From positions 1 to 62,183 of the forward strand of contig CAJXFT010000002.1 of the NCBI GenBank assembly GCA_913053235.1: a DNA stretch of 62,183 nt, written 5' to 3'. Of the stretch, positions 9,068 to 18,714 are shown in pieces. The stretch comes from an uncultured Alphaproteobacteria bacterium. GTDB taxonomy: Bacteria; Pseudomonadota; Alphaproteobacteria; UBA828. A model generated the notes under the pieces. That model was not told where the DNA came from. It saw only the letters and a list, made by a program, of their open reading frames with translations, and ran no database searches. A program made the position numbers and the translations under genes. Within the stretch, counting starts at the first letter, position 1; each line of letters opens with the position of its first letter.

Positions 9068-9120
9068 CCCTTTGTTTTGCGCTTTGTTTTACGCTTTGTT
9101 TTGCTCTGTGGTTTGCGCTT
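9068..9120. repeat. 12-bp tandem direct repeat (CGCTTTGTTTTG, 3 good plus 1-2 degenerate units) in the leader of the ppsA-like gene
   Basis: Read directly: ccctttgttttg cgctttgtttta cgctttgttttg ctctgtggtttg cgctt. On the mRNA strand this gives GCAAAACAAAGCGUAAAACAAAGCGCAAAACAAAGGG, immediately 5' of the SD-like GGCGAGGUG and the ATG at 9053. Confidence 0.6.
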
Positions 9121-9163
9121 GATCGCGAATCGGCTTTCGAGTTTAACCGGCTCTTTTAAGATT

Positions 9164-9179
9164 GTATACCAGTATACCA
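9164..9179. promoter_or_regulatory. Candidate GntR-type operator: tandem GTATACCA GTATACCA (two GTATAC palindromes)
   Basis: Lies in the 358-bp divergent intergenic region between the ppsA-like gene and the LLM gene. GT-N-AC palindromes are the generic GntR-family operator core, and a GntR gene closes the minus-strand operon. Confidence 0.35.
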
Positions 9180-9411
9180 TTCATCTATGATGCGACATGT
9201 TGCCTGCGCACGGATTGATTCGCTGTGGATCGATTCGATCCGCTGCAATAGGATATTAAAAAACGGGCCCCGGATGCGGGGCTGGAATCAATAGCCCTAA
9301 AAGGCGGGGGCACCGCCGGGGTTCAAGGGAGAGCTTTCCGATCGTATTGCCGGCGGTTGAGGATATCGCGGGCGGCGCTGCGGACGGGTCTCGGAACAGG
9401 AGCGTGACGCG

Positions 9412-10425
9412 ATGAAATCCAGCCTCGTCTATTCAATGCACGGCTTCGAGTATAACGATCCCCATCGCACCTTCCGGGAGACCGTCGAGCAGATTCAATT
9501 GGCCGAGGCTCTGGGCTTCGACGCCGCCCTGATCACCGAGCACCACGTCGTCGAGACCGGCTATTTCCCGGCGCCGTTGATAACCTGCGCCGCACTGGCG
9601 ACGGAGACCTCGCGGATTCGCCTCGGCACCGGGGTGCTGCTGCTGCCGCTTCACGATCCGCTCCACGTCGCCGAGCACACGGCGATGCTGGACATCGTTT
9701 CGAACGGCCGCTTCATCCTCGGCCTCGGCTATGGCTACCGGCAGGAGGAGTTCGACGCGTTCGGGATTTCGCTCGACGAGCGCGCCTCGCGGCTGAACGA
9801 GGGCATCCGGGCGATCCGCGCGCTGTGGACCGAGGAAGTGACCAATTTCGACGGCAAGCATTTCAAATATAACAATGTTACCCAGCGCCCGCTGCCGTTA
9901 CAGAAACCCCATCCGCCGATCTGGCTGGCCTCCAAGGCGGAAGGCGCGGTGCGCCAGGCGGCGCGCAATTCCGATGCCTGGTTCGCCGATCCGATAACGC
10001 CGTTCTCGGTGCTCAAGCTGCGCCTCGCCGCCTACAAGGAGACCCTGGCCGAACTCGGCAAGCCGACCAGCGGCTTCGATTTTCCGATCTTCCGCGAGGC
10101 CTATGTCGCCGACACGGACGAGCAGGCCTGGGAGGAGGCCAGGGAAGGCGTGCTCTTTATCTATAAGGAATATCTCGAATGGGGCCATCTCCTGGACGAG
10201 GACGGCCGGCCGGTCAAGCCGGATACGCCAAACGCCCTTGATCTGGTGCGCCAGCGCTTCCTCATCGGCAGCCCGGAAACCTGTATCCGCCAGGCTCTCA
10301 AGGTCAAGGAGGAGCTTGGCTGCACCAACGTCGTGATGCGCATGAAATACCCGGGCATATCGCAGGACAAGGTCATGAAATCGATCAGGCTGTGGGGCGA
10401 GCAGGTGCTCCCGGCGATCGCCTGA
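9412..10425 (+). CDS. LLM-class (luciferase-like) flavin-dependent oxidoreductase (paralog 1)
   Basis: 337 aa. AGGAG lies 8 nt upstream of the ATG. TIM-barrel LLM pattern: QLAEALGFDAALITEHH, IRLGTGVLLLPLHDPLHVAE, GRFILGLGYGYRQEEF, HPPIWLASK. Confidence 0.85.
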   Translation: MKSSLVYSMHGFEYNDPHRTFRETVEQIQLAEALGFDAALITEHHVVETGYFPAPLITCAALATETSRIRLGTGVLLLPLHDPLHVAEHTAMLDIVSNGRFILGLGYGYRQEEFDAFGISLDERASRLNEGIRAIRALWTEEVTNFDGKHFKYNNVTQRPLPLQKPHPPIWLASKAEGAVRQAARNSDAWFADPITPFSVLKLRLAAYKETLAELGKPTSGFDFPIFREAYVADTDEQAWEEAREGVLFIYKEYLEWGHLLDEDGRPVKPDTPNALDLVRQRFLIGSPETCIRQALKVKEELGCTNVVMRMKYPGISQDKVMKSIRLWGEQVLPAIA

Positions 10426-10435
10426 GACAGAGACG

Positions 10436-11365
10436 ATGGCCGACAGCGGCCGGGCGATCTTCAAAACCACCGAGAGCGTGCGCGCGGCGTTCGCCGAACA
10501 TAACTATATCGCCGACCGGGCGCTGGCGCTGACCGTCATGCTCGGCGCCGAGCTGGAAAAGCCGATCCTTCTCGAAGGCGAGGCCGGGGTCGGCAAGACC
10601 GATGTCGCCAAGGTGCTGGCCGGCGCTCTCGACACGCCGCTGATCCGCCTGCAATGCTATGAAGGGCTCGACGCCGGCACGACGATCTATGAGTGGAACT
10701 ATTCGCGCCAGATCCTGCAGATCCGCATGGCCGAGCAGGACGCGGCGCTGAAAAGCGCGCTTCAGACATCGATCTTCAGCGACGAGTTTCTGCTCAGCCG
10801 GCCGCTGCTCCAGGCCATCCGCCACCCCGGGCCGCGCCCGGCGGTGCTGCTGATCGACGAGATCGACCGCGCCGACGAGGAGTTCGAGGCCTTTCTGCTC
10901 GAGATTTTGTCGGACTTCCAGGTGACGGTGCCCGAGATCGGAACGCTGACGGCGGTGCAGCGCCCGCTCGTCGTGCTGACCTCGAACCGCACGCGCGAGC
11001 TCAACGACGCGCTCAAGCGGCGTTGCCTCTATCTCTGGATCGATTATCCGACGCCGGAGAAGGAGCGCGAGATCGTCCTCCGCCATGTGCCGGACATCGA
11101 AGCGGGACTGGCCGAGCAGATCTGCGCCGTCATGCGGACCCTGCGCCAGGTCGATTTCTACAAGCGCCCGGGCGTCGCCGAGACGCTGGATTGGGCGCGC
11201 GCGCTGCTGCGCCTCGATGCGCGCGCGCTCGAACCCGATCTGCTGCGCGACACCGCCGGTTGCGTGCTCAAATATCATGACGATATCGAGCGCCTCGGCG
11301 CCATCGGCGCCGACAAGGTACTCGCCGGAGAAGTCGGTGACGAAGGCGTCGCCGAGCAGATTTGA
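10436..11365 (+). CDS. MoxR-like AAA+ ATPase (CoxD-like)
   Basis: 309 aa. Walker A LLEGEAGVGKTD and Walker B VLLIDEIDRADEEFEAFLLEIL. Typical MoxR length, and sits next to a VWA protein. Confidence 0.85.
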   Translation: MADSGRAIFKTTESVRAAFAEHNYIADRALALTVMLGAELEKPILLEGEAGVGKTDVAKVLAGALDTPLIRLQCYEGLDAGTTIYEWNYSRQILQIRMAEQDAALKSALQTSIFSDEFLLSRPLLQAIRHPGPRPAVLLIDEIDRADEEFEAFLLEILSDFQVTVPEIGTLTAVQRPLVVLTSNRTRELNDALKRRCLYLWIDYPTPEKEREIVLRHVPDIEAGLAEQICAVMRTLRQVDFYKRPGVAETLDWARALLRLDARALEPDLLRDTAGCVLKYHDDIERLGAIGADKVLAGEVGDEGVAEQI

Positions 11366-11371
11366 AATGAC

Positions 11372-12517
11372 ATGACAGCCGCCCGCCTGACCCTCGAATC
11401 GAGCGCGCCGGATATCAAGGCCGCGAGCGAGGCTTTGTTCAGCCGCCTGCTCGGGTTCCGCGCCGTGCTCCGCGCCGGCGGCTTCAACGTCACCTCCGGC
11501 CGCATGATCGACGCCGTTCGCTCGCTGCGCCATATCGATCTGATCGAGCCCGACGCGATGCGCCTCGCGCTGCGTCTCAACATCGCCGCCAGCCGCGACG
11601 AGGAGGAGCGCTTCGACCAACTGTTCAACGCTTTCTGGCTGGGCGCGTCGGAGATCGAGCAGCAGCCGACCGAGATCGAGCTCGAGCCGCGCCCCGACGA
11701 CCGCAACCGCGAACATCCGGAAATGCCGCCCGACCTGCGCGGCGACCCCATGCAATGGAGTTCCGACGGGGTGACGCGCGAGCTCGACCTGGCGGCGCGC
11801 TGGCGCGAGGCGCGGCCGGATATCGAGGCGCTGTTGCGCGAGCTTACGCGCCGCCTGGCGACGCGGCCGAGCCGGCGGTTGCGCCCCGCGCGGCGCGGCC
11901 GGCGCGTCGATCTCAGGCGCTCGCTGCGCCGCAATCTGCGCCACGGCATGGATCTCGTCGAGCTCAGCCGCACCCGGCGCCGCGTGCGCAAGACGCGCCT
12001 GGTGCTGTTCTGCGACGTCAGCGGCTCGATGGACAGCTACAACCCGTTCCTGCTCGAGTTCATGTTCGGGCTGCAAAAGAGCCTGGCCAATTCGCGCACG
12101 GTGGTGTTCAGCACCGAGGCGACCGAGATCAGCGCCGTGCTGCGCCAGCATTCGGTGCGGCGTACGCTCAGCGAGATCTCCCGCCGCGCGCGGCACTGGT
12201 CGGGCGGCACCGATATCGGCGGCGCGCTCGCCATTCTCAATCGCGACATCCTCGGCCAGGGCGCGCCATCCTCGACGGTCGCAATCATTCTCAGCGACGG
12301 CTATGATCAGGGCGATGCGGCGCGCATCGAGAGCGAGATGCGGGCGCTGCGCCGGCGCGTACGCACGGTGGTGTGGGTCAATCCGCTGTTCGGCTCCGAC
12401 GGCTATGCACCGATCGCCAAGGGCATGCGCGCGGCGCTGCCGCATGTCGATCATTTTTTGCCGGCGCATGATATCGGCTCGCTGCACCTGCTATGCCGCG
12501 ATCTGGCGCGGATATAA
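11372..12517 (+). CDS. VWA domain protein (CoxE-like)
   Basis: 381 aa. MIDAS motif LFCDVSGSMDSY in the C-terminal VWA domain. The N-terminal region resembles the CoxE family. Immediately follows MoxR. Confidence 0.8.
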   Translation: MTAARLTLESSAPDIKAASEALFSRLLGFRAVLRAGGFNVTSGRMIDAVRSLRHIDLIEPDAMRLALRLNIAASRDEEERFDQLFNAFWLGASEIEQQPTEIELEPRPDDRNREHPEMPPDLRGDPMQWSSDGVTRELDLAARWREARPDIEALLRELTRRLATRPSRRLRPARRGRRVDLRRSLRRNLRHGMDLVELSRTRRRVRKTRLVLFCDVSGSMDSYNPFLLEFMFGLQKSLANSRTVVFSTEATEISAVLRQHSVRRTLSEISRRARHWSGGTDIGGALAILNRDILGQGAPSSTVAIILSDGYDQGDAARIESEMRALRRRVRTVVWVNPLFGSDGYAPIAKGMRAALPHVDHFLPAHDIGSLHLLCRDLARI

Positions 12518-12547
12518 AGAAACGAAAGCAATGGAGGTAGAGGGACA

Positions 12548-14929
12548 ATGAAACATATCGGACGGGCGCAGACCTCGCTGACCAACCGTCAATTGGCCGC
12601 CGGCAAGGGCGTATTTGTTTCGGATATCCAGCGCCACGACATGACGCATATGGCGGTGGTGCGCAGCCCGCACGCCTCGGCGCGAATTGTCAGCATCGAC
12701 AGCGCCGCCGCCGAGGCCATTCCCGGCGTCGTCAAGGTCGTCACCGGGCAGGAAATCAAGGCCAACATGAATCCGATTTTCGAGGCCTATGACACCGAGG
12801 CGATGGGCGCCAAGGGCGTGGTCTCCTACGCCCTCTGTCCGGAACGCGTGCGCTATGTCGGCGAGGCGGTCGCCGCGGTCGTCGCCGAAGACAAATACAC
12901 CGCGCGCAAGGCCGCCGATCTGGTGGCGGTCGAATATGAGACGACGCCCATCGTCAGCAACACCAAAGCGGCCCTTGAGCCGGGCTCGCCCCTGGTCGAG
13001 CCCGATTGGGGCGACAATATTCTGATCACCCGCGATTTCGTCAAGGGCGATCCCGACAAGGCCTTCGCCGACGCCGAGATGACGAGCAGCGACGAGGTCT
13101 ACCAGCATCGCTATACAGGTGCCGCGCTCGAGCCGCGCGCCTATATGGCGGAATACGATCCCTATACGGAGCAGCTTACCTATTGGGCGTCGACGCAGAA
13201 CCCGCACCCCGTGCGCGTCTTCCTGGCGGAAACGCTGGGCATCGAGGAAAGCTCGATCCGCGTCATCCAGCCGCATGTCGGCGGCGGCTTCGGTCTTAAA
13301 ACCCCGACCTTCCAGGAAGAGCCGTTGGTCGCCTATCTGGCGCGCAGCCTCGAACGCCCGGTCAAGTTCGTCTCGGAGCGCACCGAGGATCTTCTGGTCG
13401 GCGGGCATGCCCGCGAAATGCGCCTTTCCTACGATGTGGCGTTCACGAAAGACGGCCGCATCACCGGCTTCAGAGCCAAGGTGGTGGCCGATGTCGGGGC
13501 GCCGTCGGCGCTCTGCGGCTGGGGCATGTCGTTCGTCTGCGCCTACTCGATTCCCGGCTGCTACAAGATCGAGAACGCCAACGTGAAGCTATTCTCCGTC
13601 GTCACCAATAAATGTCCGTGGAACGCCTATCGCGGCTACGGCAAGGAGACCGCCTCCTATCTGATGGACCGCGTGCTCGACGATGTCGCGGCCAAGACCG
13701 GGCGCGACCGCGCCGAGGTGCGGCTGAAGAACTTCATCCCGCCGGACGAATTCCCCTATACGCAGGTGTCCGGCGCCAATCTCGACAGCGGCAACTATCC
13801 GGGGACGCTGAAGCGCGTGCTCGAGATGATCGATTATGAGGGCTTCCCCGCACGCCAGGAAGAGGCGCGGCGCGAGGGCCGCTATATCGGCCTCGGCATT
13901 GGCCAGGAGCTGACGCCGGAGGGCTGCTCGATGCCGCGCTCGACCCTGCTCGGCGGCTATGACGGCGCCACGGTCAGGGTCAATCCGTCGGGCCAGGTCA
14001 CCGTGTTGACCGGGATTACCTCGCCGGGCAACGGCAATGAGACGGCGATCGCCCAGATCGCCGCCGACTCGCTCGGCGTTCCCTTCGATCAGATCAAGGT
14101 GATCCAGGGCGACACCGACATCTGCCCCTACGGGCTCGGCAATTACAGCTCGCGCAGCGTCATCATGGGCGGCTCGGCCGTGCAGATCGCCGCCAAGGAC
14201 ATTCGCGACAAGATGCTTAAAGTAGCGGCCAAGATGCTCGAGGTCAGCGCCGACGAGGTCGAGGTCGAGGAGGGCCAGTTTTCCGCCAAGGGCGCGCCGG
14301 CGCGCTATGTGCTGTTCAAGGACGTCGCCTCGACCGTCTATCGCGACTGTCACGGGGTCGCCGCCCTCGAGGTCGAGCCCGGCCTCGAATCGACGCGTTA
14401 TTTCCAGCACGGCAATGTCTACCATCAGCCCGAGACCCAGGGGCGCTTCAGCGCCTACCCGTCCTGGCCCAACCAGTCGATGGCGATGATCATCGAGATC
14501 GATCCCGAGACCGGGCATTTCGATATCCTCAAATATTGCGCCGTGCATGACAGCGGCACGGTGGTCAACCCGCTCCTCGCCGAGGCCAATCTGCATGGCG
14601 GCTTCCTGCAGGGCGTCGGCGGCGCGGCGCATGAGCATCTGGTCTATGACGATGACTGCCAGCTGCTCACCACCACCTTCATGGATTACACCTGCCCGAC
14701 GGCGATGGAGGTGCCGTTCTTCGAGGTCGAGCATCAGGAGACGCTGTCGCCGTTCACGCCGCTGGGCACCAAGGGGGTCGGCGAATCCGGCGTCGCCGGC
14801 GCCTTGAGCGGGCTGTGCAGCGCCATCGAGAATGCGCTGCCGCATCTCGATCTGCGCTTCACCGACCTGCCGCTATCGCCGAACGCGGTGTGGAACGCCA
14901 TCCATGAAGCTGAGGAGAAACGGACATGA
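12548..14929 (+). CDS. Xanthine-oxidase/CoxL-family molybdopterin-binding large subunit (set 2)
   Basis: 793 aa. MAVVRSPHASARIVSID, loop NAYRGYGKETA, and C-terminal PLGTKGVGESGVAGALSGLCSAIENA. Overlaps the next gene by 4 nt. Confidence 0.9.
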   Translation: MKHIGRAQTSLTNRQLAAGKGVFVSDIQRHDMTHMAVVRSPHASARIVSIDSAAAEAIPGVVKVVTGQEIKANMNPIFEAYDTEAMGAKGVVSYALCPERVRYVGEAVAAVVAEDKYTARKAADLVAVEYETTPIVSNTKAALEPGSPLVEPDWGDNILITRDFVKGDPDKAFADAEMTSSDEVYQHRYTGAALEPRAYMAEYDPYTEQLTYWASTQNPHPVRVFLAETLGIEESSIRVIQPHVGGGFGLKTPTFQEEPLVAYLARSLERPVKFVSERTEDLLVGGHAREMRLSYDVAFTKDGRITGFRAKVVADVGAPSALCGWGMSFVCAYSIPGCYKIENANVKLFSVVTNKCPWNAYRGYGKETASYLMDRVLDDVAAKTGRDRAEVRLKNFIPPDEFPYTQVSGANLDSGNYPGTLKRVLEMIDYEGFPARQEEARREGRYIGLGIGQELTPEGCSMPRSTLLGGYDGATVRVNPSGQVTVLTGITSPGNGNETAIAQIAADSLGVPFDQIKVIQGDTDICPYGLGNYSSRSVIMGGSAVQIAAKDIRDKMLKVAAKMLEVSADEVEVEEGQFSAKGAPARYVLFKDVASTVYRDCHGVAALEVEPGLESTRYFQHGNVYHQPETQGRFSAYPSWPNQSMAMIIEIDPETGHFDILKYCAVHDSGTVVNPLLAEANLHGGFLQGVGGAAHEHLVYDDDCQLLTTTFMDYTCPTAMEVPFFEVEHQETLSPFTPLGTKGVGESGVAGALSGLCSAIENALPHLDLRFTDLPLSPNAVWNAIHEAEEKRT

Positions 14930-15783
14930 TTTCCCAGGAGTTCGATTTCGAGGCGCCGAGCGCCTTGCCCGAGGCGCTGGCGCTGCTCGCCCGCCACGGC
15001 GACGACGCCACTTTGCTTTCCGGCGGCATGAGCCTGATGCCGATGACGACGCTGGGGCTGGTGCAGCCGGGCATGATCATCAGCCTCAACCATATCGCCG
15101 AGCTCGATTATGTGCGCGAAGACGGCAATGAGCTTCGCATCGGCGCGCTGACGCGCCATGCCGACGTCGCCGCCGACCCGCTGATCGGCGCCCATGCGGC
15201 GCTCCTGGCCGAGGCCGCTTCATTGATCGGCGACGTTCAGGTGCGCAACCGGGGCACCATCGGCGGCAGCATCGCGCATGCCGATCCGGCGGCCAATTAT
15301 TTGCCTGCGATGCTCGCTCTCGGCGCCCGGCTCAGGCTTCAGAGCGAGGCCGGCGAGCGCAGCGTCGAGGCGAAGGATTTCGTCAAGGGAATCATGACGA
15401 CGGCCATCGAAACCGGCGAAATGCTCACCGAGATCGCCATTCCCAAGCTCGCCGCCGGCACCGGCTGCTCCTATCAACGGCTGGTGCGGGTCGAGGGCAA
15501 CTTCGCCATCGTCATCGCCGCCGCCATCACCGAGCCCGGCCGAAAGGCGGCGCGGGTGGGGCTCGGCAATGTCGCTCCCGGGCCGGTGCTGGTCGATGTC
15601 AGCGGCCATCTCGGCAACGGCCTCGACGATGCGGCGTTGGCGGCGATCGGCGATGCCGCCTTCGATGCCGCCGCGGAGGCCGCCAGCGACCTCGCCGGCG
15701 ACGCCAATTATCGCCGCGAGATGGCGCGCGTGTTCGCCCGCCGCGCGGTGCAAAGCGCCACCGATGCAGCCGACGCCGGCTAG
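14926..15783 (+). CDS. FAD-binding medium subunit, CoxM-like (set 2)
   Basis: 285 aa. LLSGGMSLMPMTTLGL, VRNRGTIGGSIAHADPAAN, and C-terminal DLAGDANYRREMARV. Confidence 0.85.
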   Translation: MISQEFDFEAPSALPEALALLARHGDDATLLSGGMSLMPMTTLGLVQPGMIISLNHIAELDYVREDGNELRIGALTRHADVAADPLIGAHAALLAEAASLIGDVQVRNRGTIGGSIAHADPAANYLPAMLALGARLRLQSEAGERSVEAKDFVKGIMTTAIETGEMLTEIAIPKLAAGTGCSYQRLVRVEGNFAIVIAAAITEPGRKAARVGLGNVAPGPVLVDVSGHLGNGLDDAALAAIGDAAFDAAAEAASDLAGDANYRREMARVFARRAVQSATDAADAG

Positions 15784-15806
15784 CCAGAGCGCAAAGGATA
15801 GAGACA

Positions 15807-16286
15807 ATGAAAAAATCAATCGAAGTTACGGTCAACGGCAAGAGCCAAAGCGTCGAGGTCGATACGCGCATGGTCCTGGCCGATATGCTGCGCGAAAATC
15901 TCCGGCTTACCGGAACGCATATCGGCTGCGGCACCGGAAGCTGCGGCGCCTGCACGGTGATGCTCGACGGGCGCACGGTGAAATCATGCTCGGTGCTCGC
16001 CGCCGACGCCGACGGCCGCTCGGTCCAGACGGTCGAGGGCCTGAGTACCAGCGCCGTGTCGCTGCACCCGGTGCAGGAGGCGATGGTCGAGAACCAGGGC
16101 CTGCAATGCGGCTACTGCACCCCCGGCATGGTGTTGTCGGCGGTCGAGTTGCTGAATAAGAACCCCGATCCCACGGAAGACGAGATCCGCCACGGCATCG
16201 CCGGCAACCTGTGCCGCTGCACCGGCTACCATTTCGTCGTCACGTCGATCCAGGCGGCGGCCAAATCGATGAAGGAAGGCGCTTGA
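15807..16286 (+). CDS. (2Fe-2S)-binding small subunit, CoxS-like (set 2)
   Basis: 159 aa. [16 protein letters not shown] and QCGYCTPG...CRCTGY. Confidence 0.9.
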   Translation: MKKSIEVTVNGKSQSVEVDTRMVLADMLRENLRLTGTHIGCGTGSCGACTVMLDGRTVKSCSVLAADADGRSVQTVEGLSTSAVSLHPVQEAMVENQGLQCGYCTPGMVLSAVELLNKNPDPTEDEIRHGIAGNLCRCTGYHFVVTSIQAAAKSMKEGA

Positions 16287-16383
16287 CGGCGGCTGCTCCG
16301 ATTGACTTGAATCAATGCCGCAAGCTGGCAGTTTCACCACGATAGCCCCGCATCGAGCTGGCGCCAGACAGGGAGCGGCCAAA

Positions 16384-18678
16384 ATGGAGGCTCAGGATTT
16401 TTCCGTAGTTCATAAGAGCGTGCCCCTAAAGGATGCCCATGAGAAGGTCACCGGGCATCTCCAGTTTCCCCTCGATTTCGCCGTCCCGGCAATGCTTTAC
16501 GGCCGGGTTCTCAGAAGCCCCCATGCGCATGCGAGGATCAAGCGCATTGATGCCCGAAAGGCGGAAGCCCTTCCCGGAGTCAAGGCGGTTCTGACTTATA
16601 AGGATACGCCCGAGAGGGAATGGTTCGGTCTTTGGCTCAATTATCGCGGATGCGTCATGGATGACACGGCGCGTTTCGTCGGCGACGAAGTCGCCGCCGT
16701 GGCGGCAATCGACGAGAGAACGGCCGAGCAGGCACTGGACCTCATCGAAGTGGATTATGAGGTGTTGCCGCATGTCCTCGAAGCCGAGGATGCGATGGCT
16801 GCCGACGCCCCGCAAATCCGCGCCGACGGCAATGTCAGAAACCCGGCCGTCGTCGAATGGGGAAACTGTGAAAAAGGCTTCGCGGAAGCTGACATTGTCG
16901 TCGAGAACAAGACCCGCAACTACAGCCAGGATCAGGCGACGATGGGGCGAAACGCGCCGATTGCCGACTGGACCCAGGACAAGGTGACGCTGTGGACCGG
17001 CACGACGTGTCCGAGCGAGCTGCGCGACGCGGTGGCCAATCTTCTCGACATGGCGAAGAGCAAGGTGCGGATCATCGCGCTGCCGACCGGGCCGTCGCTC
17101 GGCAAGTGGTGGTTCAACAATATCGAAATGGTGGCGGTGCTACTGGCCAGGAAAGCGGCGCGGCCGGTGAAGATGATGCTGACCCAGAAAGAAGTGTTTG
17201 CCGACGTCAAGAGACGGCATGCCGAAACGACGAGCGGCAGGATGGGAGTTGCCAGGGACGGCACCATCACATCGGTGCATCTCGAGGATGTTTTCGAGAA
17301 TGGCGCTTACGGCGACAAGCGCGACGTCTATCAGAGCATTCCCGACCTGTGGACGAGAATCCACAACGCAAAATTCGAGATGCGCGGCATATCGACCAAT
17401 CTCGTGACGTCGGGCTGCATGCGCGGCGTCGGCGATCTGACGATGAATTTCGGCATGGAGATGCTGATCAATAAGGCGGCGGCGGCACTGGCAATGGACC
17501 CGGTCGAGATCAGGTTGAAAAATGCCGTTCGCACCGGTGATGCGCTCCGGACGCAACGAACGCTGCATGCGCTTCTCGCTCCGGATACTCCGATGCCGGA
17601 AGCGTTCACGATATCGAGCGCGGCAATCGATGAATGCCTGAAGAAAGGGGCCGACGCCATCAACTGGCGCGACAAGTGGAAGGGCTGGGGACAGCCGACG
17701 GAAACCAACGGCGCGACCCGGCGTGGGGTGGGCGTCGCCACGGGCATGCATATATGCGGCATCCGTTACGGCGGTCAGTGCGGCGCGGTGGTGAAGATCA
17801 ACTCGGATGGTTCGGTGAACCTGCTGGTCAGTCTCGGCCGCCAGGGCAATGGCAACGATACCACGCAATGCCAGATAGCCGCCGAAGAACTGGGCGTGCC
17901 TTATGACAGGGTCTCCATAAGCTGTGGCGATACCGACGTGACGCCATGGGGTCAAGGCTCGACCGCCAGCACCTCGACGCATCTCTCGGGAACGGCGACC
18001 AAGGCGGCCGCCGCCGACGCCAAGCGCCAGCTCCTCGAATTGGCGGCCAAGGTGTTTCAGGCCAAGCCGGAAGATTTGGACATCAAGGATGGCATGATCT
18101 TCAGCACCGCCAATCCCGAGCAGAGAATTCCGATATCCGACATCACCGACAGACACGCACCCGAGCTGTGGGACGTCGGACAACAGCCCTGCATCGTCGG
18201 CAGCGCCGTCACCAATGTCCCGATCGACCCGGTGGCCAAGCACATGGCCGCCCATTTCACCGAATTAGAGGTCGACACCGACACCGGACAGGTCGAGATC
18301 GTGAAATATGTCGAGGCCCAGGACAGCGGCCGGCTGATCAATCCCGAGGTCTGCGAGAACCAGTTGAGCGGTGGATATTATCAGGGTCTCGGCTTCTCTC
18401 TGATCGAGGAGCTCGTTTATGACGACGATGGAAAAATTTTGAATCCCAACTTTGAGAACTACAAGATTTGGCGATGCGCCGACCTGCCGGACCCTGAATT
18501 GATCTTCGTCGAGGATGCCGACCCGGTGAGCCCGTTCGGCGCCAAGGGTCTGGGCGAGGTTCCGATATGCGTCCCGCCCGGCGCCATCGCCATGGCGATC
18601 TACAACGCGACAGGCGTATGGATGAATGAAACGCCGATGACGCCCGAAAGGATATTGCGGGCGCTCGGCAAGATCTAA
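16384..18678 (+). CDS. Xanthine-oxidase-family molybdopterin-binding large subunit (set 3)
   Basis: Start moved to ATG 16384 (MEAQDFSVVHKSVPLKDAHEKVTG), preceded by GGGAG. Loop SGCMRGVGDLT and C-terminal PFGAKGLGEVPICVPPGAIAMAIYNA. Confidence 0.85.
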   Translation: MEAQDFSVVHKSVPLKDAHEKVTGHLQFPLDFAVPAMLYGRVLRSPHAHARIKRIDARKAEALPGVKAVLTYKDTPEREWFGLWLNYRGCVMDDTARFVGDEVAAVAAIDERTAEQALDLIEVDYEVLPHVLEAEDAMAADAPQIRADGNVRNPAVVEWGNCEKGFAEADIVVENKTRNYSQDQATMGRNAPIADWTQDKVTLWTGTTCPSELRDAVANLLDMAKSKVRIIALPTGPSLGKWWFNNIEMVAVLLARKAARPVKMMLTQKEVFADVKRRHAETTSGRMGVARDGTITSVHLEDVFENGAYGDKRDVYQSIPDLWTRIHNAKFEMRGISTNLVTSGCMRGVGDLTMNFGMEMLINKAAAALAMDPVEIRLKNAVRTGDALRTQRTLHALLAPDTPMPEAFTISSAAIDECLKKGADAINWRDKWKGWGQPTETNGATRRGVGVATGMHICGIRYGGQCGAVVKINSDGSVNLLVSLGRQGNGNDTTQCQIAAEELGVPYDRVSISCGDTDVTPWGQGSTASTSTHLSGTATKAAAADAKRQLLELAAKVFQAKPEDLDIKDGMIFSTANPEQRIPISDITDRHAPELWDVGQQPCIVGSAVTNVPIDPVAKHMAAHFTELEVDTDTGQVEIVKYVEAQDSGRLINPEVCENQLSGGYYQGLGFSLIEELVYDDDGKILNPNFENYKIWRCADLPDPELIFVEDADPVSPFGAKGLGEVPICVPPGAIAMAIYNATGVWMNETPMTPERILRALGKI

Positions 18679-18714
18679 CATTTGTGAGCCGGGGCGGTGG
18701 AAGGAGAAGATGAG

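Noticed and set aside
9068-9120. CRISPR-like or minisatellite array.
   Set aside because: The units are only 12 bp long, directly abutting with no spacers, and number about 4. This is not a CRISPR. It is kept as a leader tandem repeat instead.
9241-9411. Moco or other riboswitch in the LLM leader upstream of the molybdoenzyme array.
   Set aside because: Only two short GC hairpins are visible. I cannot recognise the conserved Moco-motif core by eye. A covariance-model scan is needed before any call.
10385-12487. 700-aa minus-strand ORF antisense to the MoxR and VWA genes. Similar long antisense ORFs occur at 4148-6142, 13589-14845, 26817-27671, 42139-44895, 49035-50213 and 50349-52070.
   Set aside because: These have Arg/Ala/Gly/Pro-rich low-complexity translations with no recognisable domains. 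They lie opposite genes with strong family motifs. This is the typical open-frame artefact of high-GC DNA.
10436-12517. MoxR-VWA pair as a stand-alone defence or stress module.
   Set aside because: The pair sits 30 nt upstream of, and co-directional with, a CoxL-like gene. The CoxD/CoxE-type maturation role is the simplest reading.
12548-16286. Aerobic CO dehydrogenase (coxLMS with coxDE).
   Set aside because: The large subunit has NAYRGYGKET instead of the form-I VAYRCSFR loop with the Cu-binding Cys. The gene order is L-M-S rather than M-S-L, and coxF/G/H-K companions are missing.
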